DNA of 64,000 bases. Origin: an uncultured Prevotellaceae bacterium (GTDB taxonomy: Bacteria > Bacteroidota > Bacteroidia > Bacteroidales > Bacteroidaceae). Location of the stretch: the NCBI GenBank assembly GCA_900316265.1, contig ONCH01000005.1, positions 31,437 to 95,436 of the forward strand. The letters are read 5' to 3'. Positions 1-10,314 of the stretch are shown piece by piece (the stretch's first letter is position 1; the number at the start of each line of letters is the position of its first letter). A model generated the notes under the pieces. It saw only the letters and a list, made by a program, of their open reading frames with translations. It was not told the DNA's origin and made no database searches. Position numbers and translations under genes: made by a program.

Positions 1-107
1 TAATTGCAAACGATTACGACTTTTTTTTCAAAATTTTCGTAATTAGTAATTCATTATTCGTGATTTCTTCGTATCTTTGCAATTGCAAACTCGAGATTGC
101 AATACTA

Positions 108-518
108 ATGAATCAAAGAATCACTCATTCGGGGGTCGTTGACAGCATGGAGGACGGTTGCGTACATGTGCGTATCGTCCAGACTTCTGCTTGTGCAGCC
201 TGTAAGGTTGCTGGCTATTGTAATGCCGCCGAGTCGAAAGAGAAGATGATTGATGTGTTTTGCGATTCAGTTACAGCATATAAAGTCGGACAGCAAGTTA
301 CCGTTTCTACCTCTGGACAGGTGGCTGCCAAGGCGTTGCTGTGGGCTTTCGGTGTACCCTTCGTGCTGCTGATAGTGGTGTTGGTACTGGTGTTGCTGTT
401 GACGAACAATGAGGGATGGGCTGCACTGGGTGCTCTGATGGTGCTTGCACCTTATTATATAGTGCTATGGCTGTTGCGTGACAAAATGCGCGAGCAACTG
501 GCCTTTCGGATTGAATAA
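108..518 (+). CDS. rseC: SoxR-reducing system RseC/MucC family protein
   Basis: SACAAC..C cysteine motif and two C-terminal TM helices; first gene of the rnf operon. Start placed at ATG 108, downstream of a TAtcTTTG -7 element (72-79). Confidence 0.8.
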   Translation: MNQRITHSGVVDSMEDGCVHVRIVQTSACAACKVAGYCNAAESKEKMIDVFCDSVTAYKVGQQVTVSTSGQVAAKALLWAFGVPFVLLIVVLVLVLLLTNNEGWAALGALMVLAPYYIVLWLLRDKMREQLAFRIE

Positions 519-549
519 ATAACAAACTAAAACAAATATTTTAAGATTT

Positions 550-1410
550 ATGGATTTTATGTTAATTGCAGTAGCAGTATTGGGAGCCATCGGACTGATA
601 GCTGCCTTAGTACTGTTTGTCTGCTCCAAGAAGTTCTACGTCTATGAAGACCCGCGCATTGCCCAGGTGACGGAGCAACTGCCCGGAGCCAACTGTGGCG
701 GATGCGGCTTCGCAGGATGTGGCGGTCTGGCTGATGCACTGGTAAAAGGTGCTGACGCTGGTAGCCTCGACGGGCTGATGTGTCCTGTGGGCGGACAAGA
801 AGTAATGGGCAAGGTAGCCGACTTGTTGGGAATGGCTATTGCCAATGGTGAACCGCAGGTTGCCGTCGTGCGTTGTAACGGAACATGTGCCCTGCGTCCG
901 AAGATTGCGGAGTACAGCGGTCTGCGCACGTGTGCAGCGATGAACTCTTGTGGTGCTGGTGAGACAGCCTGTGGTTTCGGCTGTCTGGGCTGTGGCGACT
1001 GTGTTGCCGCTTGTCAGTTTGATGCCATCCACATGAACCCAGAGACCGGACTCCCTGAGGTTGACGAGGAGAAGTGTGTGGCTTGTGGGGCTTGCGTCAA
1101 GGCTTGTCCACGCAACATCATTGAGCTGCGTAAGAAGGGCCCGAAGGGTAGGAGAGTGTTCGTGTCTTGTGTCAACAAAGACAAAGGACCTGTAGCCATG
1201 AAGGCTTGTAAGGCTGCTTGTATCGGTTGTGGCAAGTGTGCGAAGGAGTGCCCGTTTGGTGCTATCACCGTCGAGAACAACGTGTCGTACATCGACCACA
1301 CAAAGTGCCGTCTGTGCCGTAAGTGTGTGGCTGTTTGTCCCACAGGTTCTATCCACGCCGTGAATTTCCCTGCACCTAAACCTAAAGAAGAAAAGGAGGC
1401 CGAAGCATGA
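550..1410 (+). CDS. rnfB: Rnf electron transport complex subunit B (Fe-S)
   Basis: N-terminal TM helix, LPGANCGGCGFAGC motif and several CxxCxxCxxxCP ferredoxin motifs. Confidence 0.95.
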   Translation: MDFMLIAVAVLGAIGLIAALVLFVCSKKFYVYEDPRIAQVTEQLPGANCGGCGFAGCGGLADALVKGADAGSLDGLMCPVGGQEVMGKVADLLGMAIANGEPQVAVVRCNGTCALRPKIAEYSGLRTCAAMNSCGAGETACGFGCLGCGDCVAACQFDAIHMNPETGLPEVDEEKCVACGACVKACPRNIIELRKKGPKGRRVFVSCVNKDKGPVAMKACKAACIGCGKCAKECPFGAITVENNVSYIDHTKCRLCRKCVAVCPTGSIHAVNFPAPKPKEEKEAEA

Positions 1411-2774
1411 AGATAAAGACATTTAGTATCGGTGGTGTACACCCCGAAGAGAACAAGCTGACGCATGAAGTGGCTACCAAGGTGGCTGAGCTTCCCAAAC
1501 AGGCCATTTTTCCATTGGGTCAGCATATTGGTGCCCCTGCCAAACCTGTTGTCCAGAAGGGCGACAAGGTAAAGGTGGGCACGATGATTGCCGAAGCAGG
1601 TGGCTTTGTGTCGGCTCCTATCTATTCATCGGTTAGCGGTACCGTTTTCAAGATTGATACTGCTATCGATGCGACAGGCTATCGCAAGCCAGTTATTATT
1701 ATTAATGTAGAGGGCGACGAGTGGGAAGAGACTATCGACCGCTCTGACAAGTTGGAACTGGTGAAGGACCATCCTGAGCTTACTCCTGAAGAAATCGTGG
1801 AGCGCATCAAGACCGCTGGTGTTGTCGGTATGGGTGGTGCCTGTTTCCCCACCTTCATCAAGCTATGTCCGCCACCTACGGCCAAAGCTGAGTGTGTCAT
1901 CATCAATGCTGTGGAGTGCGAGCCCTATATTACCGCTGACTACCGCCTGATGATGGAGCATGCTGATGAAATACTGGTGGGCTTGGAATTGCTAATGAAG
2001 GGTGCTAAAGTGACGAAGGGCTATATCGGTATTGAAACCAACAAAATGCCTGCTATCGAGTTACTTACCCGTAAGTGTGCAGAGGTGTTCGGTACCTCCG
2101 AATACAACGTAGAGGTTGTGCCCCTGAAACAGCGCTATCCGCAGGGCGGTGAGAAGCAGCTCGTAGATGCTGTCATCCAGCGTCAGGTGCCTGCCCCTCC
2201 CGCTATTCCTGTCAACGTGGGTGCCATCGTGCAGAACGTGGGTACGGCATTTGCTGTCTACGAGGCTGTGATGAAGCGTAAGCCACTGTTTGAGCGCTAT
2301 ACCACTGTTACGGGTAAGAAACTGCAGAACCCTGGCAACTTCCTGGTTCGTATGGGAACGCCCATGAAGGACCTGATTGACGCCTGCGGTGGTATGCCTG
2401 AGGGCGACAACAAGCTGTTGGCTGGTGGTCCAATGATGGGTAAGGCACTGACAAGTGTCGAGGTGCCCATCTGCAAGGGTACTAACTCTGTGACGATTAT
2501 CTCTGACGAGGAGGCTTTCCGCAAGGAACCACAGCCCTGCATCCGTTGTGCCAAGTGCGTCAGCGCTTGTCCAATGGGCTTGGAACCCTATCTGCTGGCT
2601 AAGCTTGCCGCTGTCAAGAATTGGGAGCGTGCTGAAAAGGAAGAGGTTGTCAGCTGTATCGAGTGTGGCTCGTGCCAGTTCACGTGTCCTGCCCACCGTC
2701 CACTGCTCGACAACATCCGTCAGGCTAAGGCTACTGTTATGGGAATTATCCGCGCTCGTGCGGCTAAGAAATAG
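1407..2774 (+). CDS. rnfC: Rnf complex subunit C
   Basis: GGVHP, GVVGMGGACFPT, NAVECEPY, YPQGGEKQL and two C-terminal 4Fe-4S motifs. Confidence 0.95.
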   Translation: MKIKTFSIGGVHPEENKLTHEVATKVAELPKQAIFPLGQHIGAPAKPVVQKGDKVKVGTMIAEAGGFVSAPIYSSVSGTVFKIDTAIDATGYRKPVIIINVEGDEWEETIDRSDKLELVKDHPELTPEEIVERIKTAGVVGMGGACFPTFIKLCPPPTAKAECVIINAVECEPYITADYRLMMEHADEILVGLELLMKGAKVTKGYIGIETNKMPAIELLTRKCAEVFGTSEYNVEVVPLKQRYPQGGEKQLVDAVIQRQVPAPPAIPVNVGAIVQNVGTAFAVYEAVMKRKPLFERYTTVTGKKLQNPGNFLVRMGTPMKDLIDACGGMPEGDNKLLAGGPMMGKALTSVEVPICKGTNSVTIISDEEAFRKEPQPCIRCAKCVSACPMGLEPYLLAKLAAVKNWERAEKEEVVSCIECGSCQFTCPAHRPLLDNIRQAKATVMGIIRARAAKK

Positions 2775-2805
2775 TCAAATTGTGAAATAGTCAAATTGTG
2801 AAATA
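2768..2805 (+). repeat. 16-bp tandem duplication (GAAATAGTCAAATTGT x2.4) between rnfC and rnfD
   Basis: Read directly from the sequence. Confidence 0.85.
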
Positions 2806-2810
2806 AAACA

Positions 2811-3803
2811 ATGGGAAAATTAATCGTTTCATTATCGCCTCACGCACACGGAACGGATAGCGTCGAGAAGAACATGTACGGGGTCATCATCGCCCTGCTG
2901 CCTGCATTGCTCGTATCGTTCTGGTTCTTCGGCATTGGCTCAGCCATTGTCTGTGCAACGAGCGTCGTGGCCTGTGTCTTCTTCGAGTGGGCCATCAATA
3001 AATACATCCTCAAGAACGAGCGTAACACCATCATGGACGGTTCGGCAGCCCTGACGGGTCTGCTGCTCGGCATGAACCTGCCCTCCAACCTGCCTATCTG
3101 GATTATCATCATTGGTGCGTTGTTCGCCATCGGTGTGGCTAAGATGACATTTGGCGGATTGGGCAACAACCTCTTCAATCCTGCACTGGTAGGTCGTTGT
3201 GCCTTGCTGGTGGCTTTCCCTGCTCAGATGACAACTTGGCCGAAAATAGGACAACACTGGTCTTATCTGGACGCAGAGACGGGTGCTACGCCGCTGACTA
3301 TCATGCAGGATGCCATCAAACATGGCGACGCTTCTATTCTTGACCAACTGCCCTCGTCGCTCGACCTGTTCCTCGGTAACCATCCTGATGGTGCTGGTGC
3401 GATGGGTGAGATCTGTGCACTGGCGCTGCTGTTGGGTCTGGCCTACATGCTGTGGAAGAAGATTATCACATGGCACATCCCCGTCAGCATCATCGCTACG
3501 GTCTTCGTGCTTAGCGGCATCTGCCATCTGGCAAGTCCTGTCTATGCAGACCCCGTCAGCGTCATCTTCTCGGGTGGTCTGATGCTGGGCGCCATCTTTA
3601 TGGCTACCGACTACGTCACCTCGCCGATGACAGCCAAGGGTCAGCTTATCTATGGTGTATGCATCGGTTTTCTGACGGTGGTTATCCGTAACTGGGGTGC
3701 CTATCCTGAGGGTATGTCGTTTGCCATTCTGATTATGAATGCGTTCACACCGCTCATCAACACTTATATTAAACCAAAACGTTTCGGGGAGGTCGCAAAA
3801 TGA
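2811..3803 (+). CDS. rnfD: Rnf complex subunit D
   Basis: Polytopic membrane protein with FGGLGNNLFNPAL, the TGATPL FMN-attachment motif and MATDYVTSP. Confidence 0.95.
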   Translation: MGKLIVSLSPHAHGTDSVEKNMYGVIIALLPALLVSFWFFGIGSAIVCATSVVACVFFEWAINKYILKNERNTIMDGSAALTGLLLGMNLPSNLPIWIIIIGALFAIGVAKMTFGGLGNNLFNPALVGRCALLVAFPAQMTTWPKIGQHWSYLDAETGATPLTIMQDAIKHGDASILDQLPSSLDLFLGNHPDGAGAMGEICALALLLGLAYMLWKKIITWHIPVSIIATVFVLSGICHLASPVYADPVSVIFSGGLMLGAIFMATDYVTSPMTAKGQLIYGVCIGFLTVVIRNWGAYPEGMSFAILIMNAFTPLINTYIKPKRFGEVAK

Positions 3804-4423
3804 AGAAGCTTGAATCATCATTACTGAATATGACGCTGGTGCTCACGTTGGTGGCAGTCGTCATGGGTGGCATCCTCGCCTTTGTGAACCATCTTACGGA
3901 AGGTCCTATTCAGGAACAGAAAGACAAAGCGCTGGCAGATGGCATCAAGGCTGTCATGGTTTGCAACGATTTAGTCGTTGCTGAGCCTGTAGAGGTCAAG
4001 CAGACTGTTGATGGCAAGGAGCACACCTTTATTATATATAATGTGAAGGACGCTCAGGGTAAGGATCTTGGTGCTGCCGTTCAGTCTGTTACTATGGGCT
4101 TTGGCGGCGACTTGAAAGTGCTCGTTGGTTTTGATTCTGAGGGAAGCATCCTCGGATATACTCTGTTGGAGCATGCTGAGACGCCAGGCTTGGGTGCCAA
4201 GGCTGACCAGTGGTTCCAGAGGGGTCAGAAGGGTGACATCATCGGTAAGTCGCCTGCTGAACCGCTAACCGTTTCGAAAGATGGTGGACAGGTGGATGCT
4301 ATTACCGCTTCTACCATCACCTCGCGTGCCTTCTTGAAGGCTGTCAACAATGCTTACAACGCATACAAAGTTACGCCGACTGACGGTGAGACTGGTGCAA
4401 CAACTAAAGAAAAGGAGGAATAA
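3800..4423 (+). CDS. rnfG: Rnf complex subunit G
   Basis: Single TM helix, ETPGLG and the DAITASTITS FMN motif. Confidence 0.95.
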   Translation: MKKLESSLLNMTLVLTLVAVVMGGILAFVNHLTEGPIQEQKDKALADGIKAVMVCNDLVVAEPVEVKQTVDGKEHTFIIYNVKDAQGKDLGAAVQSVTMGFGGDLKVLVGFDSEGSILGYTLLEHAETPGLGAKADQWFQRGQKGDIIGKSPAEPLTVSKDGGQVDAITASTITSRAFLKAVNNAYNAYKVTPTDGETGATTKEKEE

Positions 4424-4426
4424 GAT

Positions 4427-5008
4427 ATGAACGCAATACAAATCATCAAAAACGGCATCGTCAAGGAGAACCCTACGTTCGTCCTGATGCTGGGTATGTG
4501 TCCTACGCTGGCTACTACTACCAGTGCCATGAACGGTATGTCGATGGGGTTGGCTACAATGGCCGTGCTTATCTGCACCAACTTCGTGATATCTTGCTTA
4601 AAGAGCATTACACCAGACAAGGTGCGCATCCCTGTATTTATCGTGGTCATCGCAGCCTTCGTTACTATCCTGCAGCTGGTCATCAAGGCCTTCCTGCCAG
4701 ATATCGATGCAGCACTTGGACTCTTCATCCCACTGATTGTGGTGAACTGTGTGATTCTCGGTCGTGCGGAGGCTTTTGCTGCTAAGAACTCGCCTGTAGC
4801 TTCGCTGTTTGACGGCATCGGCATCGGTTTGGGTTTCACACTGGGTCTTACTCTGCTGGGCATCTGTCGTGAGATTCTGGGTTCTGGCTCTGTCTTCGGC
4901 TTCACGCTGCTGCCTGAGACCTACAACATCCTGCTCTTCGTGCTCCCTCCGGGTGCTTTCATTATGCTGGGATTCCTCATCGCTATCGTTAACAAAATCA
5001 GAGGTTAA
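4427..5008 (+). CDS. rnfE: Rnf complex subunit E
   Basis: ENPTFVLMLGMCPTLA and IPLIVVNCVILGRAEAFA. Confidence 0.95.
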   Translation: MNAIQIIKNGIVKENPTFVLMLGMCPTLATTTSAMNGMSMGLATMAVLICTNFVISCLKSITPDKVRIPVFIVVIAAFVTILQLVIKAFLPDIDAALGLFIPLIVVNCVILGRAEAFAAKNSPVASLFDGIGIGLGFTLGLTLLGICREILGSGSVFGFTLLPETYNILLFVLPPGAFIMLGFLIAIVNKIRG

Positions 5009-5011
5009 GTT

Positions 5012-5614
5012 ATGGAGTATATTTTGATTTTCATTAGTGCGATATTCGTCAACAATATCATTCTGTCGCAGTTCCTCGGCATCTGTCCGTTCCTCGGTGT
5101 GTCGAAGAAAGTAGATACCTCACTGGGAATGTCGGCAGCTGTGGCCTTCGTATTGACGCTAGCTACCATCGTGACGTGGTGTGTACAGAAGTTTGTGCTT
5201 GATGCCTTTGGACTGCAGTATCTGCAGACCATCGCCTTCATCCTGGTCATCGCCTCGCTGGTGCAAATGGTCGAAATCATCCTCAAGAAGGTGTCGCCCG
5301 CACTCTATCAAGCGCTGGGCATCTTCCTGCCACTCATCACCACTAACTGTGCTGTGCTGGGTGTGGCTATTCTCGTCATCCAGAAAGACTTCAACCTGCT
5401 TCAGTCTGTGGTCTATGCCTTCTCAACGGCTATTGGCTTTGGACTGGCGTTGACGGTCTTTGCTGGTATGCGCGAGCAGCTGGAGCTGTGTACTGTTCCT
5501 AAAGGCATGCGCGGCATGGCTATCGTCATGCTCTCTGCCGGACTGCTCTCACTGGCCTTCATGGGCTTCTCGGGTGTTGATGGCGGTCTGAAGGTTCTCT
5601 TCGGATTGGATTGA
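5012..5614 (+). CDS. rnfA: Rnf complex subunit A
   Basis: FLGICPFLGVSKK and LPLITTNCAVLG. Confidence 0.95.
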   Translation: MEYILIFISAIFVNNIILSQFLGICPFLGVSKKVDTSLGMSAAVAFVLTLATIVTWCVQKFVLDAFGLQYLQTIAFILVIASLVQMVEIILKKVSPALYQALGIFLPLITTNCAVLGVAILVIQKDFNLLQSVVYAFSTAIGFGLALTVFAGMREQLELCTVPKGMRGMAIVMLSAGLLSLAFMGFSGVDGGLKVLFGLD

Positions 5615-5631
5615 CACGATAAACAAATAGA

Positions 5632-5675
5632 AACAGTGGGGACCGGCCAACCAAGACCAGTCCCCACTGTTGTTT
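5632..5675. terminator. Intrinsic terminator between convergent rnfA and cysK
   Basis: 12-bp stem AACAGTGGGGAC / GTCCCCACTGTT flanked by A/T tracts. Confidence 0.8.
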
Positions 5676-5694
5676 ATAGTTTTATTTTTTTATC

Positions 5695-6642
5695 TTACAA
5701 TGGGTAGTCCTCGAATGCGTAGAGCACGGTAGAGAGATAGCGCTCACCGGTGTCGGGCAACAGCACCACGATCTTCTTGTCTTTGTTCTCTGGACGCTTG
5801 GCTACCTGGATGGCTGCGTAGAGAGCGGCACCTGCAGAGATACCTACCAGTAGACCTTCTGACTGGGCAATTTCACGACCCGTGCGGATAGCATCGTCAT
5901 TCTCCACGTCAAACACCTCGTCGATATAGTTGGCGTTATAGGTCTTGGGAACGAAACCTGCACCGATACCCTGAATCTTGTGAGGACCGCTCTGACCGCC
6001 GTTCAGCACGGGGCTAGACTTTGGCTCTACGGCGATGACTTTCACGTTGGGGTTCTGCTCCTTCAGATACTTGCCCGTACCACTGATGGTACCGCCAGTA
6101 CCCACACCACCGATAAAGATATCTACCTTTCCGTCGGTGTCGCGCCAGATCTCAGGTCCCGTCGTGGCATAGTGCTTGGCAGGGTTGGCGGCGTTCTCGA
6201 ACTGCTGCAGAATAACGGCACCAGGGATAGAGTCGCGCAACTCCTCGGCAGCGTGGATGGCACCAGGCATACCGTCCTTTCCAGAGGTCAAGCGCACCTC
6301 AGCGCCATAGGCCTTCACAAGGTTTCTGCGCTCCACGCTCATGGTCTCAGGCATGGTAAGGATAAGGTGATAGCCCTTGACGGCGCTGACCAGTGCCAGT
6401 CCTACGCCCGTATTTCCGCTGGTGGGTTCGATGATGGTGGCGCCGGGCTTCAAGATGCCCTTGGCCTCTGCATCCTCAATCATGGCCAGCGCGATACGGT
6501 CCTTCACGCTACCGCCGGGGTTGAAAAATTCTACTTTGGCAATGACAGGGGTCTCCAGACCCTTTGCCTGTGAATACTTGTTGAGCTCCAAGAGTGGGGT
6601 GTTGCCGACGAGCTCGGTCAGCTGTTTTGCAATCTTTGTCAT
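5695..6642 (-). CDS. cysK: Cysteine synthase A
   Basis: [15 protein letters not shown] (PLP lysine), PTSGNTG, GTGGT and [10 protein letters not shown]. Confidence 0.95.
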   Translation of the reverse strand: MTKIAKQLTELVGNTPLLELNKYSQAKGLETPVIAKVEFFNPGGSVKDRIALAMIEDAEAKGILKPGATIIEPTSGNTGVGLALVSAVKGYHLILTMPETMSVERRNLVKAYGAEVRLTSGKDGMPGAIHAAEELRDSIPGAVILQQFENAANPAKHYATTGPEIWRDTDGKVDIFIGGVGTGGTISGTGKYLKEQNPNVKVIAVEPKSSPVLNGGQSGPHKIQGIGAGFVPKTYNANYIDEVFDVENDDAIRTGREIAQSEGLLVGISAGAALYAAIQVAKRPENKDKKIVVLLPDTGERYLSTVLYAFEDYPL

Positions 6643-6774
6643 AATCCTTATCCTTTTTAATTAATATAATGTATATTTCTTAGCTGTCATCAGTCAACTG
6701 TTATTGTTAACTTTCGATGCTGCAAAGGTACGGTGATTTTTTCATTCTCACAATACCATGAGCATGTCATTTGC

Positions 6775-6792
6775 ATACCAAACGTTTGGTAT
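6775..6792. promoter_or_regulatory. Perfect 18-bp palindrome ATACCAAACGTTTGGTAT, candidate operator between divergent cysK and OM-barrel promoters
   Basis: Palindrome read directly; it lies between -7 elements TAccTTTG (minus strand, ~6723-6730) and TAacTTTG (plus strand, ~6840-6847). Confidence 0.5.
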
Positions 6793-6922
6793 ATTGCTGT
6801 TTTTTGTGACTTTTTCTTTGCGTTTTGCCTCCTTTTTCTTAACTTTGCAGGCAGGTACGGGTTGCCGAGGTATGCTAGTTTACCGGACTAATAACGAGTT
6901 TTTAATATCTAAATTGAAACTT

Positions 6923-8509
6923 ATGCATCGACATCTTCTCCTATTGACAAGCTTCTTGTTCTCCTCTGTTTTGATGTTCGCAGGAAATAGTTTACCCATC
7001 ATCGAGATCAAAGCAGACCGAACAATGATTTACCCTCAACGCATGGAACTGACGGGTGAGGAAACGTTGATGGATATCTTACAGTTGGTGCCCGACTTGA
7101 TGATTGCCGGTTATGAGGATGTCATATCTAATTATAACCTCCGCATCGACAACTGTCCAATGAATGGCGATACGAGACTGATTCTGAGTCAGATGAAGGC
7201 CAAGGATATTGCCAAGATCCAAGTGTGCGACAATACGGGTGTGGCGAAGGGAACCATTGGAACGGCTAGAGTACTGGATATCAACATGCAGATGCCTGGT
7301 GCGCTGAAGGGGTTCGTGGAAGGCCAAGGTGATTTTGGGAAGAATTTTGAAGGCATTGGCTCCTTGAATGCGTTGTACGGTAGCAAAACGACCGACCTCT
7401 ATGCTAATGCCTCTTATCGCCATAACGATGGTAATGAGGAATATCTGACGCTGCACATGACGAACCGCTTTGATGACCGTAACAAGTTGCTGACCTATTT
7501 CACCCAGCAATATCTTGACCTGCCTTCTGGTACGTCGCGGAAGGTGATGGGCAGGGCGCGCTATTTCCACACTTTCAATGATGTGGGTACAGAACTGCTC
7601 GTGGTGGGTGGCTATCAGTATTCCAGCGATCAGAACTATTCCAAGAAGCTGCCGTTGTACATCGTCGAGCTGAATACGCCTCTTTTCTCAGAGCAACTAT
7701 CGATGATGCTGGGTGTAGAGGGTGATTTCCTCATGACTAACCATAAGAATAGCAACTGGAGTTGGAACACTTTCAATAATGATATCTACCTGCAGTTTAC
7801 TTATTCCTTGCCCCGTTGGAAGTTCACCGTCGGCAATCGTGTCATGTTCTATGATTACAAGTTTAAGTTTACCGATCTCAGTCAAAAACATTCTGACGTC
7901 CGTAACAATGCAAATGCTTGTGTTGTCTATTCGCCCGATAACCGTAATCAGCTGCAGCTGGGCTTTTATCGCAAATACTACAATCCTTCTGTAGATTTTA
8001 TGAAAGACAGCAATACGCTTTCTGATGAGGAGTGGGCAATCACCAAGGGACGGCTGGAGGAACAGACGATTAACCAGATGAAGCTGGCTTATGCCTATAG
8101 CAAGCAGAAACTGACGGTACAGACGGAGGCGAGCTACTATGTTATTGAAGATAATGAGAATTTCGCCGAGCTGGGTGCATCGGCATATTGGAAAACGAAT
8201 GGACTGAGTCTTGTTGGCGGCTCCAATCTATATATCGTAGAGAGTGGCACCTACGCTTCTGTGCGGTTTGCTCCGATGGTTTATCTTCCTCTTGCATGGC
8301 AGATAGGCATGCAGTTGGTCTATTACACCAAGAATTCACCCAAACGTGAGACAACGAGCGTACCCGTCTATGGATGTCTGTCTGTGAACAAACAATTCGG
8401 AAGTCATTGGAACGTTGGCATCGACTGGCATGATATGTTCGATGCTCTCTGTAGTGATGCAACAGTTAACAGACATGCCGCCAATTTGAAGCTGCAGTAT
8501 AGATTCTAA
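6923..8509 (+). CDS. Outer-membrane beta-barrel protein (TonB-dependent-receptor-like, degenerate plug)
   Basis: Signal peptide from MHRHLLLL, plug-like AKDIAKIQV segment, amphipathic beta-strands and C-terminal LQYRF. Confidence 0.6.
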   Translation: MHRHLLLLTSFLFSSVLMFAGNSLPIIEIKADRTMIYPQRMELTGEETLMDILQLVPDLMIAGYEDVISNYNLRIDNCPMNGDTRLILSQMKAKDIAKIQVCDNTGVAKGTIGTARVLDINMQMPGALKGFVEGQGDFGKNFEGIGSLNALYGSKTTDLYANASYRHNDGNEEYLTLHMTNRFDDRNKLLTYFTQQYLDLPSGTSRKVMGRARYFHTFNDVGTELLVVGGYQYSSDQNYSKKLPLYIVELNTPLFSEQLSMMLGVEGDFLMTNHKNSNWSWNTFNNDIYLQFTYSLPRWKFTVGNRVMFYDYKFKFTDLSQKHSDVRNNANACVVYSPDNRNQLQLGFYRKYYNPSVDFMKDSNTLSDEEWAITKGRLEEQTINQMKLAYAYSKQKLTVQTEASYYVIEDNENFAELGASAYWKTNGLSLVGGSNLYIVESGTYASVRFAPMVYLPLAWQIGMQLVYYTKNSPKRETTSVPVYGCLSVNKQFGSHWNVGIDWHDMFDALCSDATVNRHAANLKLQYRF

Positions 8510-8528
8510 TCATTAAAAGAAAGAACGT

Positions 8529-9797
8529 ATGGAAAGTATTCAACTGGATATGATACAGACAGCCGGCATTGGTGCATTGGCCCTCATTGTCGGTATGATT
8601 CTTACAAGAAAGGTGGCTTTTCTCCAGAAATATTGTGTGCCGTCGCCCGTAAGCGGAGGCATCATCTTCTCGTTGTTGACTCTGGCATTGTATGGCTGGT
8701 TCAACATTGAGGTGTCGTTCGACGGCACGTTGAAGGATGTTTTCATGCTGGCCTTCTTTACTAGCGTAGGTTTCCAAAGCGACCTGAAAGTATTGAAGCA
8801 GGGTGGCCGACTCCTAATCATCATGCTTCTGTTGTTGGTTGTCATCATTTCTCTGCAGAACCTCATGCCCATGGGTGTTACCCGCCTCATGGGCGTCGAC
8901 CCGTTGATAGGTATGGCCGCAGGCAGTATCTCCATGACTGGTGGACATGGCACGGCAGGTGGTTTTGCGAGTGTGCTCGAAGGCATGGGATTACACGGTG
9001 CGGGAACTATCGGTATGGCGGCGGCCACCTTCGGTCTGATAGCTGGTTCTATGATTGGCGGTCCGTTGGCAGAGCGGATTATCCGTAGGAAACTGACGCA
9101 TGAACAGATGCAGCCACAAGACGATGAGATAGACCCAGCAATGGCTGGTATCGAGAGCGATGAGGCCTCTCCAACGGGTCGTACAAAGCGCGTCAGCACT
9201 AACGAACAGGAGTTCCAACAATATGCCAAGGCTTCCTATTGCATTCTCCTGGTCATGGGCGCCGGCACACTGATGAGCTGGCTGCTGGCAAAGACGGGCA
9301 TCACATTCCCCACCTATTTCGGAGCCTTAATACTTGCTGCCGTTATTCGTAACATATTAGGATTCGTTAGCTACAAGGACGAGGGCAAGTGGGAGAAAGC
9401 GGATAAGTTGCTGGACATGGAGCGAATTATCAGCGTGGGCAACATCTGTCTGTCGCTATTCCTTGGCATGGCCATGATATCCTTGAAACTCTGGGAACTG
9501 CAAAGCCTGGCCCTTCCACTGATCGTCATCCTGGCCTCCCAAGTAGTGATGATGGACTTCTTTGTTTACTTCATAGCCTTCCCCCTGTTAGGTCGCAGCT
9601 ACGATGCCGCCGTACTCTGTGCTGGCATGTGCGGCTTTGGTCTCGGCGCCACGCCTAATGCCATGGCCAACATGAGTGCTGTATGTTATAAGTACCGCTA
9701 TACCGTCAAGCCCTTCCTCATCGTGCCCATCATCGGTGCCATGTTCGCCGACCTGCTCAATACCGGAATCATCACTCTCTTCCTAAATATTCTGTAA
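8529..9797 (+). CDS. gltS: Sodium/glutamate symporter
   Basis: VPSPVSGG, GSISMTGGHGTA, AAATFGL and GFGLGATPNAMANM. Confidence 0.9.
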   Translation: MESIQLDMIQTAGIGALALIVGMILTRKVAFLQKYCVPSPVSGGIIFSLLTLALYGWFNIEVSFDGTLKDVFMLAFFTSVGFQSDLKVLKQGGRLLIIMLLLLVVIISLQNLMPMGVTRLMGVDPLIGMAAGSISMTGGHGTAGGFASVLEGMGLHGAGTIGMAAATFGLIAGSMIGGPLAERIIRRKLTHEQMQPQDDEIDPAMAGIESDEASPTGRTKRVSTNEQEFQQYAKASYCILLVMGAGTLMSWLLAKTGITFPTYFGALILAAVIRNILGFVSYKDEGKWEKADKLLDMERIISVGNICLSLFLGMAMISLKLWELQSLALPLIVILASQVVMMDFFVYFIAFPLLGRSYDAAVLCAGMCGFGLGATPNAMANMSAVCYKYRYTVKPFLIVPIIGAMFADLLNTGIITLFLNIL

Positions 9798-10109
9798 TTA
9801 TTCTTGCTCGTTTACCACCTCTAAATAAAAACTGAATGGCCGGAAACCGTCGTTGCAGCTGATCATCGCACTCATGGGGTTTTTCATCCATCCGTCGTAA
9901 AAGTTGCCCTCACCACGGGCCAGCGATTCCACAAACTCGCGCATAGAGAACCATGCCGACGGACACATTCCTTCGGGTATTTGACCATCGATGGAAATCC
10001 ACTGCTGGCCCTCCCTGACATCGCAGGTGTGCTCAATCGGATTTTCATACTTCACCATCAAGTCCTCATAGATTGTCTGGCGAATGGCTGTGATTCGTAC
10101 TTTATTCAT
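9798..10109 (-). CDS. TIGR04076-family small Cys-containing protein
   Basis: PEGMCPSAW and SCNDGFRP motifs. Confidence 0.75.
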   Translation of the reverse strand: MNKVRITAIRQTIYEDLMVKYENPIEHTCDVREGQQWISIDGQIPEGMCPSAWFSMREFVESLARGEGNFYDGWMKNPMSAMISCNDGFRPFSFYLEVVNEQE

Positions 10110-10314
10110 ATCAGTTCTTGCATAGCCAAACGACTTACGTCGATAGCATCTTTGTCATGTGATTTCTCAATAATTTCCTTCTACTTGCAAAGGTACTCAT
10201 AATTTCATGATAATTTGTACCTTTATACTGATTATTAGGATAGTTTAGGATTTCAGAATATTTGGTGGTTTCGAAAATTTATTGTATCTTTGTAGCCAAA
10301 ACAATAAATAGGAT

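Noticed and set aside
108..5614. Rnf operon as a novelty
   Set aside because: This is the standard Bacteroidota rseC-rnfBCDGEA arrangement.
6758..6922. Long N-terminal extensions given by the ORF track (also for 12933, 26463, 30028, 37820, 53051, 53151 and 58514)
   Set aside because: They run through promoter elements or upstream genes; downstream ATGs give proper signal peptides or family N-termini.
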